DNA from: Rebecca billardiae RCC1528 | Lineage: Eukaryota; Protista; Haptophyta | Assembly (NCBI GenBank): GCA_965240325.2 | Contig: OZ251224.1 | Coordinates: forward strand, 930,001-994,000 | DNA: 64,000 nt | Direction of reading: 5' to 3' | Part shown: in pieces, positions 34,213 through 44,217 of the stretch | Position numbering within the stretch: the stretch's first letter is position 1 | Layout of the letters: each line of letters begins with the position of its first letter | Program-made: the position numbers and the translations under genes | The notes under the pieces: model-generated | The model's database searches: none | The model's input: only the letters and a program-made list of their open reading frames with translations | What the model was told of the DNA's origin: nothing

Positions 34213-36570
34213 ATGAAGGCGCGCGCGGGCTTGCGCGCGGTGGACGTGCACGGGTGCCTCTCGAGCATGCGCCCGACTGCATGGGCGCTGTCGCCCGCCG
34301 TGGGCCTTGCTTTGGCGCAGGATGCGGGGTTATGGGCCAACGTGCGAGCGCACCGCAGCGCGTGCGACAAGCCCTTCTCGAGGCTGGTGCGCGAGCTCAC
34401 GTGGGCGCCATGCCACGAGGCGCCGCTGCGCCGCACGCGCAACGAAAGTCTCCCGGCCGCGCACCTGGACGCCGAGCTGCTGGCGCACCTCGCTGGCCTC
34501 GGCCTGTACACACAGCTTGATGACGACGGCGTGCACGCCGCACTCCGCGCCGTGGGCGTGTCGGCACTGGCCAAGCGCACGCGCGTGACGATCGCGCGCT
34601 TCGTGCGGCTCGCGCGGACGATGCGCGAGGCGGCCGATCAGACCACGCCAGCCACCGCGCCGGACCTCGCCCCGCTCGCGCGCCCGGTGCACGCGCTCGT
34701 CGCGACCCTGAGCTGGGATGTGTGCAGCTCACGCGAGTGCCTGCTGCGTTACCTGCTGACGCTGCAGCGGTATGCGCCGGTGCTGGCCGATGAGCGGCTT
34801 GCGACGGACGCTGATGAGCGCGCCCGCTGGCTGGCGCAGACCCTGCCGCCGGCCGAGCTCGCGTGCGCGGAGGCTCTGGGCGCGGGCGCTCGCGCCGTGC
34901 TCCGCGTGCGCGCGTGGGAGCAGCAGCGCGGGCCGGAGCACGCCGAGTCGGCCGCGGCGTTCGAGCTGCTCGCCGCGGCGAGCGCGAGCTCGGGCATGTC
35001 GGACGGGCCGCCTGAGGTGAAGATGGGGCACTTCCGGTACCGCGGGCAGACGGCGCGCGCCGACTGCGTCGAAGTGGTGCTGCGCCAGACCATCGACGAG
35101 CTGCTCTGGTGCGCGATGCGGCGCGGCTTTGAGCTGCGGCGGCTGCCAGTCGGCGCGGCCCCCGCGGTGCGCGCCTTCTATGAGGAGCTCGACGGCGTGG
35201 CGACGGGCGGGCAGGTGCGCGCGGAGGAGGGCGCGGCGCTCAGCCAGCGCTGGTTCGAGCTCTGCGCCCAGCTCCGCCGCGCCACCTTCCTCTCCGGCAG
35301 CGCGGAGAAGGGCGGGCAGTACGAGCTCGCGCCCACGCTCGACAACGTCGTGCGCTCGCTCGCCGAGATGCTGGGCGTCCCGCTCGGCTCCATCGCCGAG
35401 CTCGAGGCGTTCCCGGCGCACGCGGGGGTGGAGATGCCGCCGGTGCGGGTGAGGCTCGACCGCACGATGACCGACCGCGAGGGCTTCCACCTCACCGTCG
35501 GCGAGCGCCGGCTGGGCGTGTGCCTCAAGCAGATCTCGAATCACGCGTTTGTGACGCGGCCGGCGCCGCTGTGGGCGCAGCCGAGCGGCGCGGCCGCGCT
35601 GAGCGTGCGCCACCCGGTGCGCGCGTACGCGGCGGCGTGGTCCGAGGGGAGGGTGCAGCTGGGGCCTGCGAGCGTGCTCCTCTCGCGCCTCGTCCCGCCC
35701 ACCGCGCTGCTCGACCCCGCCGCGAGGGGCGCCTCCGCCTCGCGCGGCGCGGCACAGTTCGCTCTTCTCTCGGCGCGGCTGCTCGACGCACAGCCGATCG
35801 CGGCCGCGATGGAGGCGGAGGCGAGCTGGGCGCGACCCGCGGCCCGAAGCGCGGCGCCGGCGGGCGCGGGGGCGCCTGCGGACCGGCTTGGCATCAGCTG
35901 CATGCTCGTGCGCGCCTTCGCTCGGCACGCGACGCTGCGGGGACCGCAGCGCGCGCACACGTGGCGATGCGGCTGCGCGGCCGCCACCGTGCTCGAGCTG
36001 AGCGCCGCACACGCGACTGGGCGCGGCGCAGAGCCGCTGCCGGCTGCGCTGGCGGCAAGCGCGCAGCTCTCGGCGCTCGTCGGCGTCCTTGTGGCGGATG
36101 TGGAGTTGCTGCAGCGCGGCTGCGCGGGGCTGGACGTTGGCGAGCTTGCGCGCATCGCGTGGCTGGCGCTCGTCGCGCCTGGTGCCCACGCGCGCGCCCC
36201 GGGCACCACGGCGCACGGCCGAAGCGCGGCCCTCGCCGCCATGAGCAGCGCGGGGCGGCACCGCGCACACCGGCTCGAGCTGCTCGCGCACGTGCTCGGG
36301 CCGCTACAGGCAGGCGTCTTCCGCCTGTGCCAGGCAGGCGTGCACCGCGCCGCGGCGTTTGTGAAGCATGCCGTCGCCGTGCTCACGGCCGCAGAGGTGC
36401 CACTGCCAGTGGCGGGATCATCAGATTCCGATCACGATGCCGCTGCGCACAATCATGCTGCTGCCACCTGCCAGCACTGCAGCACTGCAGTTGCGACGAC
36501 GGTTTCAAGGCCCACGATTGCGAGTTCGACGACACCACAAATGCCTGCGCGCACACGACCCCGGAGCTGA
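34213..36570 (+). CDS. Hypothetical protein (~785 aa) with a conserved-looking central domain
   Basis: Long coding-like ORF; motif block 'GHFRYRGQ..ADCVEVVLRQ...FYE...RWFEL...YELAPTLDNV'. Confidence 0.65.
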   Translation: MKARAGLRAVDVHGCLSSMRPTAWALSPAVGLALAQDAGLWANVRAHRSACDKPFSRLVRELTWAPCHEAPLRRTRNESLPAAHLDAELLAHLAGLGLYTQLDDDGVHAALRAVGVSALAKRTRVTIARFVRLARTMREAADQTTPATAPDLAPLARPVHALVATLSWDVCSSRECLLRYLLTLQRYAPVLADERLATDADERARWLAQTLPPAELACAEALGAGARAVLRVRAWEQQRGPEHAESAAAFELLAAASASSGMSDGPPEVKMGHFRYRGQTARADCVEVVLRQTIDELLWCAMRRGFELRRLPVGAAPAVRAFYEELDGVATGGQVRAEEGAALSQRWFELCAQLRRATFLSGSAEKGGQYELAPTLDNVVRSLAEMLGVPLGSIAELEAFPAHAGVEMPPVRVRLDRTMTDREGFHLTVGERRLGVCLKQISNHAFVTRPAPLWAQPSGAAALSVRHPVRAYAAAWSEGRVQLGPASVLLSRLVPPTALLDPAARGASASRGAAQFALLSARLLDAQPIAAAMEAEASWARPAARSAAPAGAGAPADRLGISCMLVRAFARHATLRGPQRAHTWRCGCAAATVLELSAAHATGRGAEPLPAALAASAQLSALVGVLVADVELLQRGCAGLDVGELARIAWLALVAPGAHARAPGTTAHGRSAALAAMSSAGRHRAHRLELLAHVLGPLQAGVFRLCQAGVHRAAAFVKHAVAVLTAAEVPLPVAGSSDSDHDAAAHNHAAATCQHCSTAVATTVSRPTIASSTTPQMPARTRPRS

Positions 36571-37084
36571 TGCTGATAATAATTGACGCGAGGCTCCGGC
36601 TTCGGTCCACCCCCCCCAGTCTGGTCAGTGGAGCGTTACATCTTGACACTGCAATCGGCGGGATCGCCGCCTCTGATGATCTACAATAGCTCCTAGCCCA
36701 CCCCAGGCGGTCCCTTGGGTCACGCGCGATATTACGGCGCCACTGAGTCTGATGGATCTGATGTCATCTGATGACATGCAGCCACACCTCCAATAGGTTC
36801 AGACTGCTCTATATTTTATATATAACTAAATACCCAACGGTCCGGGTATCATTTTCGCATATGTATGATACAGGTGTCCGGAACACTCCCGGACTGCATG
36901 TGCCGAAATCTGAGTAGGGGACGGGTAATTACATAGTAAAAATAGAGTCTGAACCTATTGGGAGGTAGTCGGATGGCGGGATGCGACCGATTTCTCGGCG
37001 TTGAAGTCATCAATCGGTGGGGGTCGGAAGGGACTCTGCTGCATGGTCCGCTTGGTTGACTTCGGCTCGGGGCCAAGACGTAAC

Positions 37085-37939
37085 GACCCGTTGCACGGGT
37101 GAGTAACCGTGAGCGTATGAAAAAACGACAAGCGTATGAAATCTCGCGGTTTTGTCGCTCGCGCTGCCGCATGGCTGACGTCCGCGCCGATCCGAGCGCA
37201 ATGGTGCATTGCGAAGCCGATTCGCAATGCACCAATCCAATCCGCATGTCAATCGACCCAACCGTCGCTGAGAACGAACGACAAAACCCAGGGCAGGTGT
37301 CCACCACGAAGCCACGCCGCGCGCGCGCTGGCAGCGTGAGCCGGCGCGGTTGCAAAGGGTTGCCCAAAGGCAGAGAGATCAGCCAATGCGGCTACCTTCG
37401 GCAAGCACGCCACCTCAGCGTCAGCATCGGGTGGGGCCGTGACGATATATGCCCTTGGATGCGGCTCCAGCCAAACGGCTCTCGACGCGGGGAGCCGCCA
37501 TCGGCCGCGAGCGCGTACACGGATACACGTGCTGTCCTCGTGAACGAGGATTCAGGAGACGAGGCGCGGCCCGCGATGCGCAGGCAAGACCTAGGGAGTG
37601 GCTCACGCTTTGATCGCGTGTACGGGTACAGAAGGCGTGCGCACGCAACCGCACCGCCTTCGTGAAGCGCGTGGGCAAGCTGCTGAAGCTCTCACGATGC
37701 GCGCTTACTTCTCACCTCCGTGCGCTCGCCGACCGCTCACGCTGCCTTCCGCGCGGCGGACCTGGGAAACCTGCCACCTGGCGCGCACGACGCAGCGCGT
37801 AACGCGGAAGGTGGTAGATCTGCTGCCACGCTCCCGCTGCCGCCGCCGGCGGCGGCAGCGGCATGCCCACGATGCGGCGACGGTGATGACTATCACTGCC
37901 AAAGTGTCGTTTTTTCGGCGCTCACGCGTGCAACGGGTC
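37085..37939. mobile_element. 855-bp non-autonomous TIR element with 4-bp TSD TAAC
   Basis: Left end GACCCGTTGCACGGGTGAG...CGTATGAAAAAACGACA vs reverse complement of right end GACCCGTTGCACGCGTGAGCGCCGAAAAAACGACA. TAAC at 37081-37084 and 37940-37943. Confidence 0.75.
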
Positions 37940-38323
37940 TAACGGAGCTGGGGGGGTGGACCGGAGCCGGAACCGCGACTGATGATGGCCCGCGGTGCAG
38001 GGCGGAGCGCGCAGCGTGGAGCCCGCACCAGTGGGCCCGAACCACGTTTCAAAAAGATCTTTGATCAAGAAAAAGGGACGCGGGGGCCGATTTTTAGGGC
38101 TGGCGGAGACCGAGTTTCGAATTTTGAGACCCTCTCTACAGGTGCATCACGGAGAAAAAAACCGCGCCCACAACATTCCCCTAATCAATCGTGGACGGCC
38201 GGGCGTGAGAGTTCACTTCTGTGTGAAGTAGGACGGTTACAAGTCCAATACAAGCGTCAGCTTCTTTGAGGCTATTTTCGCACGTCCATACGGGATCAGC
38301 GAAGTAACCAACCGATATATATT

Positions 38324-38575
38324 GGCTTCGTCGGGGTCGTATTCACTACTGATTCATATGCTGTATGGTTCACGCAGGCATAAAATCGCTTCGTCGGAGT
38401 CGTATCCACTACTGGAGAACATCATTTGCACCGCTTCGTTTTCATACATTATGAACCATATATGCTGTATGGTTCACGCAGGCATAAAATCGCTTCGTCG
38501 GGGTCGTATCCACTACTGGAGAACAACATTTGCACCGCTTCGTTTTCATACATTATAATATATATATGGTTCATG
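38324..38575. repeat. ~104-bp tandem repeat (2 copies plus partials) inside copy B
   Basis: 'ATATGCTGTATGGTTCACGCAGGCATAAAATCGCTTCGTCGG...' occurs twice. Confidence 0.88.
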
Positions 38576-39495
38576 GACTGCTACGGGGTCGAGCAAAATA
38601 TCATCGATATTCATCAGGCGCACGTGTGCGTATTCATCATCAGCCTTCGGGAATTGGGAGTAGCTATTGGCCTTTTGCCCTCTGGCGAGCCAGTTGTGCG
38701 CACTTTAAGAGCAGGCCTGAGCAGGCTCGAGGCCACTTTTTTGCCGCTCACGTGGACATGATGCCGAGCACGTCTCACGAGGTGCGCGCGGCGAGTGGCG
38801 TCTGGAGCGCGCGGCTGTGGTGGGCCCCGACGGCCGTCGACATCGCGTTCGTGCCCCGCTCACTCTGAACTCCGCGCGCCCCCGCCGCCCTATCGATCGA
38901 TCATCGATGCCTGCGCGCGGAATCGTGCACCGCGCGTGCCGCCCGCGACCGGCCGCGGCAGGCCCGAGCCGCCCTTTCGGGCTCTCGCAAGCACGGGGGC
39001 AGCGGCGCCTGATGGCGGACTGATCGACATCTGAGTCTCCGACTTCACCGTGGACGCGCCCCCCTCGTCATGCCTTCCCGGGGTCTCCCACGGAAGACGG
39101 ACTAACCGAGCAGGCGACGGTACTGTCTGTACGCTGCCGTGACACACGGCGCCTGGGCAGCGGGCAGTGGTGGCGGGGTCCCGCGGACGTCAGTCTTCCC
39201 CTCGCGCCCTGCTCACCTCGAGTGCGCCGCCACGCGCCTCCGCACGCGTGTCCCATCGATGCGCAGAGCGGCATGCTTGCATGAAAGTTGAAATGGCTGG
39301 GTCATCAGCCCGCGCCGGCAAGTCTGTCTAGCGCTGGACGGACGGACATAGGAGGACGAGCAGCGCGGGCGACGGTGGTGCGCGACGCTCCCAGAGCTGG
39401 CCGTGCCTCTGCGACGCGTGCCGAGCCTGACCGAGGTGTGTCACCCGGTCCACGCGCGGCGCGCGCGAAGGCACCGGTGCTGTGGCTGCTCGGCT

Positions 39496-39826
39496 CGAAT
39501 CCGCGGCCTCGCCTCGCACCGCGGCACCGTGCTCCCTGGCTGTCAGCTCCGCGTGGCCTGGCGTGCACGTAGAGTTGCGCTCATGCGTCGATCACGCCTC
39601 GCGCCCGCCTGTCGGCCGTCGCGCAGGCGCTGGTCGAACCCTACTCGGACCAGTGCAAATCATCTATCCCGTGGCCGCTGCCGGCGCGCGGTGACGGGAC
39701 AGCGCGGTCAGCAGCAGGCGCAGCGGCCCGAACGAATCCGCGGCCCCGCACCGTGCTCCCTGGCTGTCTGCTCCGCGTGGCCTGGCGTGCACGTGGAGTC
39801 GCGCTCATGCGTCGATCACGCCTCGT
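39496..39826. repeat. ~95-bp direct repeat (39496-39601 and 39733-39826) inside copy B
   Basis: 'GCACCGTGCTCCCTGGCTGTC(A/T)GCTCCGCGTGGCCTGGCGTGCACGT...CGATCACGCCTCG' occurs twice. Confidence 0.85.
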
Positions 39827-40778
39827 CGCATCCGCCTGTACACAATATCGGCGCCGCGGCGGCGGCTGCGACTGGGCCCGCCCGGCCCCGGGCGCCCCGG
39901 CGGCCCGGCGCGGCCGAGGCGGCGGCGCGCCGCTGGAGTCTACTGCTACAGTTTACTAAGAATAAGAGACGCACACAGCTCAGGCAGGCGAGATTGACGC
40001 CCGCCAGCTGTCACCGCCCATGAAGCCGTCGCCGATGGTAGCGCCGCCGGAAAAAAATCGTTACATCAGTAGTTGTACGGGCATGCCAACCGTGCCATTA
40101 CTGGTCTCACTCTCAGCCTCAGGTCTGTCCGAATCGGACAATCGTGAAATTGAATAGAGTTAGACGACTGCGCGACGGAGGGTGCACCGCCACCGCGGGC
40201 CCCGAACTACGTTCGTTCTACGGAAAAGGACCGCGGAACGCGGTCATTTATATATATACGACTGTACATCATTATTAGCATTGTACGGTGCGTCTCTGAT
40301 AGTCGTAGTAGTATATTATTGATAATAATAACAGACAACAGTCGTCCCGGACTCCCGGCGCGGGCGGCTGCGGCGCGTATATGCCGTATATATTTGTCAT
40401 ATCGTCGTGACGACCGGTCTACTCAGTAGCTAGTCGTTATCTCTGCTACCGGGTTTAAGTCTCTCCTACCGTGCATGCCCGTGATCACGACGCCGTCATG
40501 TTGGTCACTACTAATGTTGGTGATGCGTGCCCAGCGGCGGCGCGGGCTCCATGCTGCGCGCTCTGCGGCGTGCCCGCGGCGCGGGCTCCATGCTGCGCGC
40601 TCTGCCGGGAAGGCTGCACCGCGGGCCATACAGTGACTCTGCCGCGCCGCCCGCCCGCGCTCTGCCCCGGGGCTGTTTCGCAGCCCTGGCCCGCCAGGCT
40701 TGGTCGTCACAGACTGATCGGCGCCCGCCGGTGAGATGTCGACGGCGCCACGGATCCCGCCGGCACCGGAGCCAGCTG

Positions 40779-42450
40779 CTAGATCAGGTTCTCCTGAGAG
40801 GGTGTGGTGGCCACCCGCGGCTTTGGTGGTGGCCTGCTCACGCCGCTCATGAGCACGGACGGCAATGCCGGCGCTGATGCCGACGCGCGCGCCGCCGGGC
40901 TGGGCCTGGAGCTGTCGGCGGCTATCAGCGCCGGCGACGAGGGCATCTCGGCATCGTCGAGCGGGGCGATCGCCTCGAGCTCGAGTTGCGGGTCGAGCAG
41001 CCCGGCCTGTGGGTCCTCGCCGTCGATGGAATCCTTCTCGATCGAGGCGTACCCGGAGGTGGCGCCGCGCGGCAGCACCTTGGTCACGTACTCCCACTCG
41101 ATGCGGAAGACGGCCCAGACGGTGCGGCGCACCACCTCGAACGACTCGAAGAAGAACATGCCGTGGCCGCGTGTGGGGACGGTGCCGAAGACGGCCATCG
41201 CCCAGATGAAGCGCAGCGCAAAGTTGAACACCATCAGCGCGCCGTACACGGAGCGCCTCGGGCTGATGATCATCTGCTCGCGCAGCTTCAACCGCCAGCA
41301 GCCGCGCTCCGCGTTCCACTGCAGCATGCCCCAATCCATCAGGATGTCCCACACAAACGTGTACATCGAGTTGACGACGGCCGCGAGGACGAAGAGGCGA
41401 TCGACCGTCCGCGACGGGCTATGCCTCCGCAGCCAGCCCATGTACACCAGCGGGAACGCCGACGAGTACTTGAGCGCGTTCCTGCGGCGGGAGCCGCGGC
41501 GCGCGTGCCATGGCGCGCGTGAGGTGCTGGCACTGGAGGAGCGCGAGCGCAGATCGGGCGCCGGGCGAGTGGGCGCGCGCGCGCGCGCACCACAGGTTCT
41601 TCTGCTCGCGCGTCTTCGAGTACACGTGCAGGCACTGCCACAGCCGGCACCAGAAGGGCAGCGCGAGCAGCAGCGGGTTGAACACCGAGTCGACGCACAC
41701 GCCGTGGTACCGCTCCCAGAGGTCAGTCGTGCGCACGTACGCCATCCCCGGCTCGCGCGGCGTGCGGAGGATCGACGTGGTCTCGCACACCATGAGCTGC
41801 AGGTCGGCGAACGCCTTGGCCAGGCTCGTCGCGTAATCGGCGACGATCACGTGCCAGAACGTCACCGGCGCGAGCGGCGCGATGAGCGAGTCCCAGGCGG
41901 TGCGCACGAGCGACGCGCGCGTGTCCGCGTGCAGGTAGTGGTGCGGCGCGAGGAAGACGCACGCCATCAGGACGTGCAGCACCCAGTGCGAGACGAGCCA
42001 CGGCCGCCAGGTCATGCCGGGCCACTCGCTCGCGACGAAGTGCATGAGGTGCACCGCGAGGAACATGTTGAGCAGCACGAGCGCGCACGTGACGCCCATC
42101 TCGGACGGCTTCACCGGACCGCCGAGCACGTGCTCCAGCTCCATCCCGGCGGAGGTGCACGTGCGCACGACCCAGCTCCAGCCGGAGAGAATGAGAATGA
42201 TCAGCACCGGCGGGCGCGTCGTCGCGTTCTTCCACAGCAGCTTTCCCGCCAGCTTCCACGGCGTGTACGTGTGCACGCGGCTGATGCGCCCGAGCACCAG
42301 GTACATGCACACGAGGACGCCGAGCAGCACGAGCTCGCGCGAGCCGAGGGGCGAGGCGAGCCGCAGCATCTTCCACAGCCCATCGAAGCCGCCAATGTGC
42401 ATCCGCGTCGGCCGCGGCGATGCCACGGGCGTGCTCCGGCGACGTTGCAT
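40779..42450 (-). CDS. EXS-family protein (ERD1/XPR1-like, no SPX domain); exons 42450-41591 and 41481-40779
   Basis: 'PVTFWHVIVADYATSLAKAFAD', 'LPFWCRLWQCL', 'NLW/NALKYS', 'YTFVWDILMDWG', 'FNFALRFIW', 'EVVRRTVWAVFRIEWE'. Intron 41482-41590. Confidence 0.92.
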
Positions 42451-42544
42451 CGGGGATCTCGGCGGGCGTTGTTGAGTGCTCGGACCGGCGTCGCGCCGTC
42501 GCCCGTCGTGGGCGCCACGGCCTCCATCAAAGCTCCGCCTCTCG

Positions 42545-43948
42545 ATGGCGCCGCCACGTGCCGTCAGCGCTGATCGGAGGCGTCGGGCCCGCGAACAGCG
42601 GCGGCGTCGGGCGCTCGCGTGGGCCACTGGAGCCGTCGGGTTTGCGCTAGTTGCGTACGTGGCGTTTGCCCTGCGGGATGTCCTCGTCAAGCTCGGCCCG
42701 GCGCCCCAGCCCGTGCGCGCGGTGAACAGCTCGGTCTACGCGCGCGGCCTCGTCACGCGCCGGACGACAGCCGACGCCATCCTGGCCGAGCACGACACTC
42801 AATTTCGAAACACGTCGTTGAAGCTCACTGACGGCTTTGCACTCGCGTTCCTGTCGGGCGAGCACTCGTGGCGGGCGTCGTACGCACTCGCCCTGCGCAA
42901 CGCTGCCAAGTTCACGCACATCGCGCCGCGTTGGTACGGCCTCGAGTGGCCAGGCCCGGCCATCAGCGCGTCGGACTCGTGGATCTCACGCGCTGCCTTC
43001 ACGCTCCGAGTGGCTGGCAGCCGGTCCCCTCCCCTCGTCGTGCCGGCCTTCGCGTTCGCAGGCGCCACCGCCGGGCTGGTCGCCGCGTGCGGTCCAGCCA
43101 ACCGCAGCAGCGCCGAGGGTGAAGCTCTGCCAGACGAGGTGCGCGTGGCGCGCGAGGTGGCGCGCGCGGTCGCGTCGGCTTGCGAGCGGCTGCCGCGGTG
43201 CGCTGGCGTCGCCATCGACGTGCACGTCGCCCTCGGCAAGAAAGCTGCCCGCTGCCGCCCGCTCCTCGCCGCACTTGTGCGCGCGCTGTCGGCGCGGCTG
43301 CGCGGCTCGGCGCGTCAGCTGCTGCTTGAGGTGCCCGCGCACGAGCCGGCGGCCTTCTCGCGCGCCGAGCTGGCCGAGCTGCATGCGCACGTGGATGCGG
43401 TGATCGTGCGCACCTTCGGCTTCTCCTCGCCCCGCCGCCCCGGCCCAGATGCGCCGCTGCCCTGGATGTCGCACGCACTGCAGGCGCTGCTCTCGGCAGC
43501 GCGCCCACCGCAGGCAGGCGAGACAGGCGCCGCTGCACCGGACTCAGACACCGCGGAGGGCAGCGACGCCGAGGCGGAGGTGGGCACGCGCGTGGCAGCG
43601 GCGGCGGGTAGCGAGGGCGCCGGCGCGGTGGACGAGGGCGCGAAGAAGCTTGTCGCCGCTCTGCGCTTCGGTGGGCACGACTACAAGGACCCGAAGGGCG
43701 GCGAGGCGCTGTGCAACCGCACGCGCTACCTGGAGCTGTTGCGCGCACACCGGCCACGTCTGGACTGGTACCCGGAGGCGTCCGAGCACGTCTTCGCGTA
43801 CGTCGACGACACCAACGTGAGCCACTCGGTGTACTTCCCGACGCTCAAGAGCCTGCAGGAGCGACTCAACGCGGTGCGCAGCTGGGGAGCAGGCGTGGCT
43901 GTGGAGAGCGTGCTCTGCGGCCTCGACTACTTCCTCGACCTCCTGTGA
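42545..43948 (+). CDS. CHID1: Chitinase domain-containing protein 1 (inactive GH18-like), type II membrane anchor
   Basis: 'KFTHIAPRWY', 'PGPDAPLPWM', 'SEHVFAY', 'VYFPTLKSLQERL', C-terminal 'GLDYFLDLL*'; the catalytic DxxDxDxE motif is degenerate. Confidence 0.87.
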   Translation: MAPPRAVSADRRRRAREQRRRRALAWATGAVGFALVAYVAFALRDVLVKLGPAPQPVRAVNSSVYARGLVTRRTTADAILAEHDTQFRNTSLKLTDGFALAFLSGEHSWRASYALALRNAAKFTHIAPRWYGLEWPGPAISASDSWISRAAFTLRVAGSRSPPLVVPAFAFAGATAGLVAACGPANRSSAEGEALPDEVRVAREVARAVASACERLPRCAGVAIDVHVALGKKAARCRPLLAALVRALSARLRGSARQLLLEVPAHEPAAFSRAELAELHAHVDAVIVRTFGFSSPRRPGPDAPLPWMSHALQALLSAARPPQAGETGAAAPDSDTAEGSDAEAEVGTRVAAAAGSEGAGAVDEGAKKLVAALRFGGHDYKDPKGGEALCNRTRYLELLRAHRPRLDWYPEASEHVFAYVDDTNVSHSVYFPTLKSLQERLNAVRSWGAGVAVESVLCGLDYFLDLL

Positions 43949-44004
43949 TAACTCGCGGACTGCTCTCAGATATGTCCTCTCTCTCTTGGACATATCGTAG
44001 TCGG

Positions 44005-44044
44005 AGAGAGAGAGAGAGAGAGACTCGCTGCGCTAATAAAGTCG

Positions 44045-44134
<90 letters not shown>

Positions 44135-44166
44135 TAGATAGATAGATAGAATATAGATGATAGATG

Positions 44167-44202
<36 letters not shown>

Positions 44203-44204
44203 TA
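44005..44204. repeat. Compound microsatellite (GA)n + (GATA)n between convergent genes
   Basis: (GA)n at 44005-44022 and 44048-44130; GATA repeats at ~44133-44204. Confidence 0.97.
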
Positions 44205-44217
44205 GTCTCGTCAGTCG

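Larger units (their letters stand above)
37985..40249 (+). mobile_element. Helentron/Helitron2-like non-autonomous element, copy B
   Basis: 5' ATGGCCCGCGGTGCAGGGCGGAGCGC; 3' sub-TIR CACCGCGGGCC (40191-40201), then hairpin GACCGCG-GAA-CGCGGTC (40229-40245) and ATTT. About 150-250 bp of the 5' end match the reverse complement of ~12280-12526. Confidence 0.72.
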
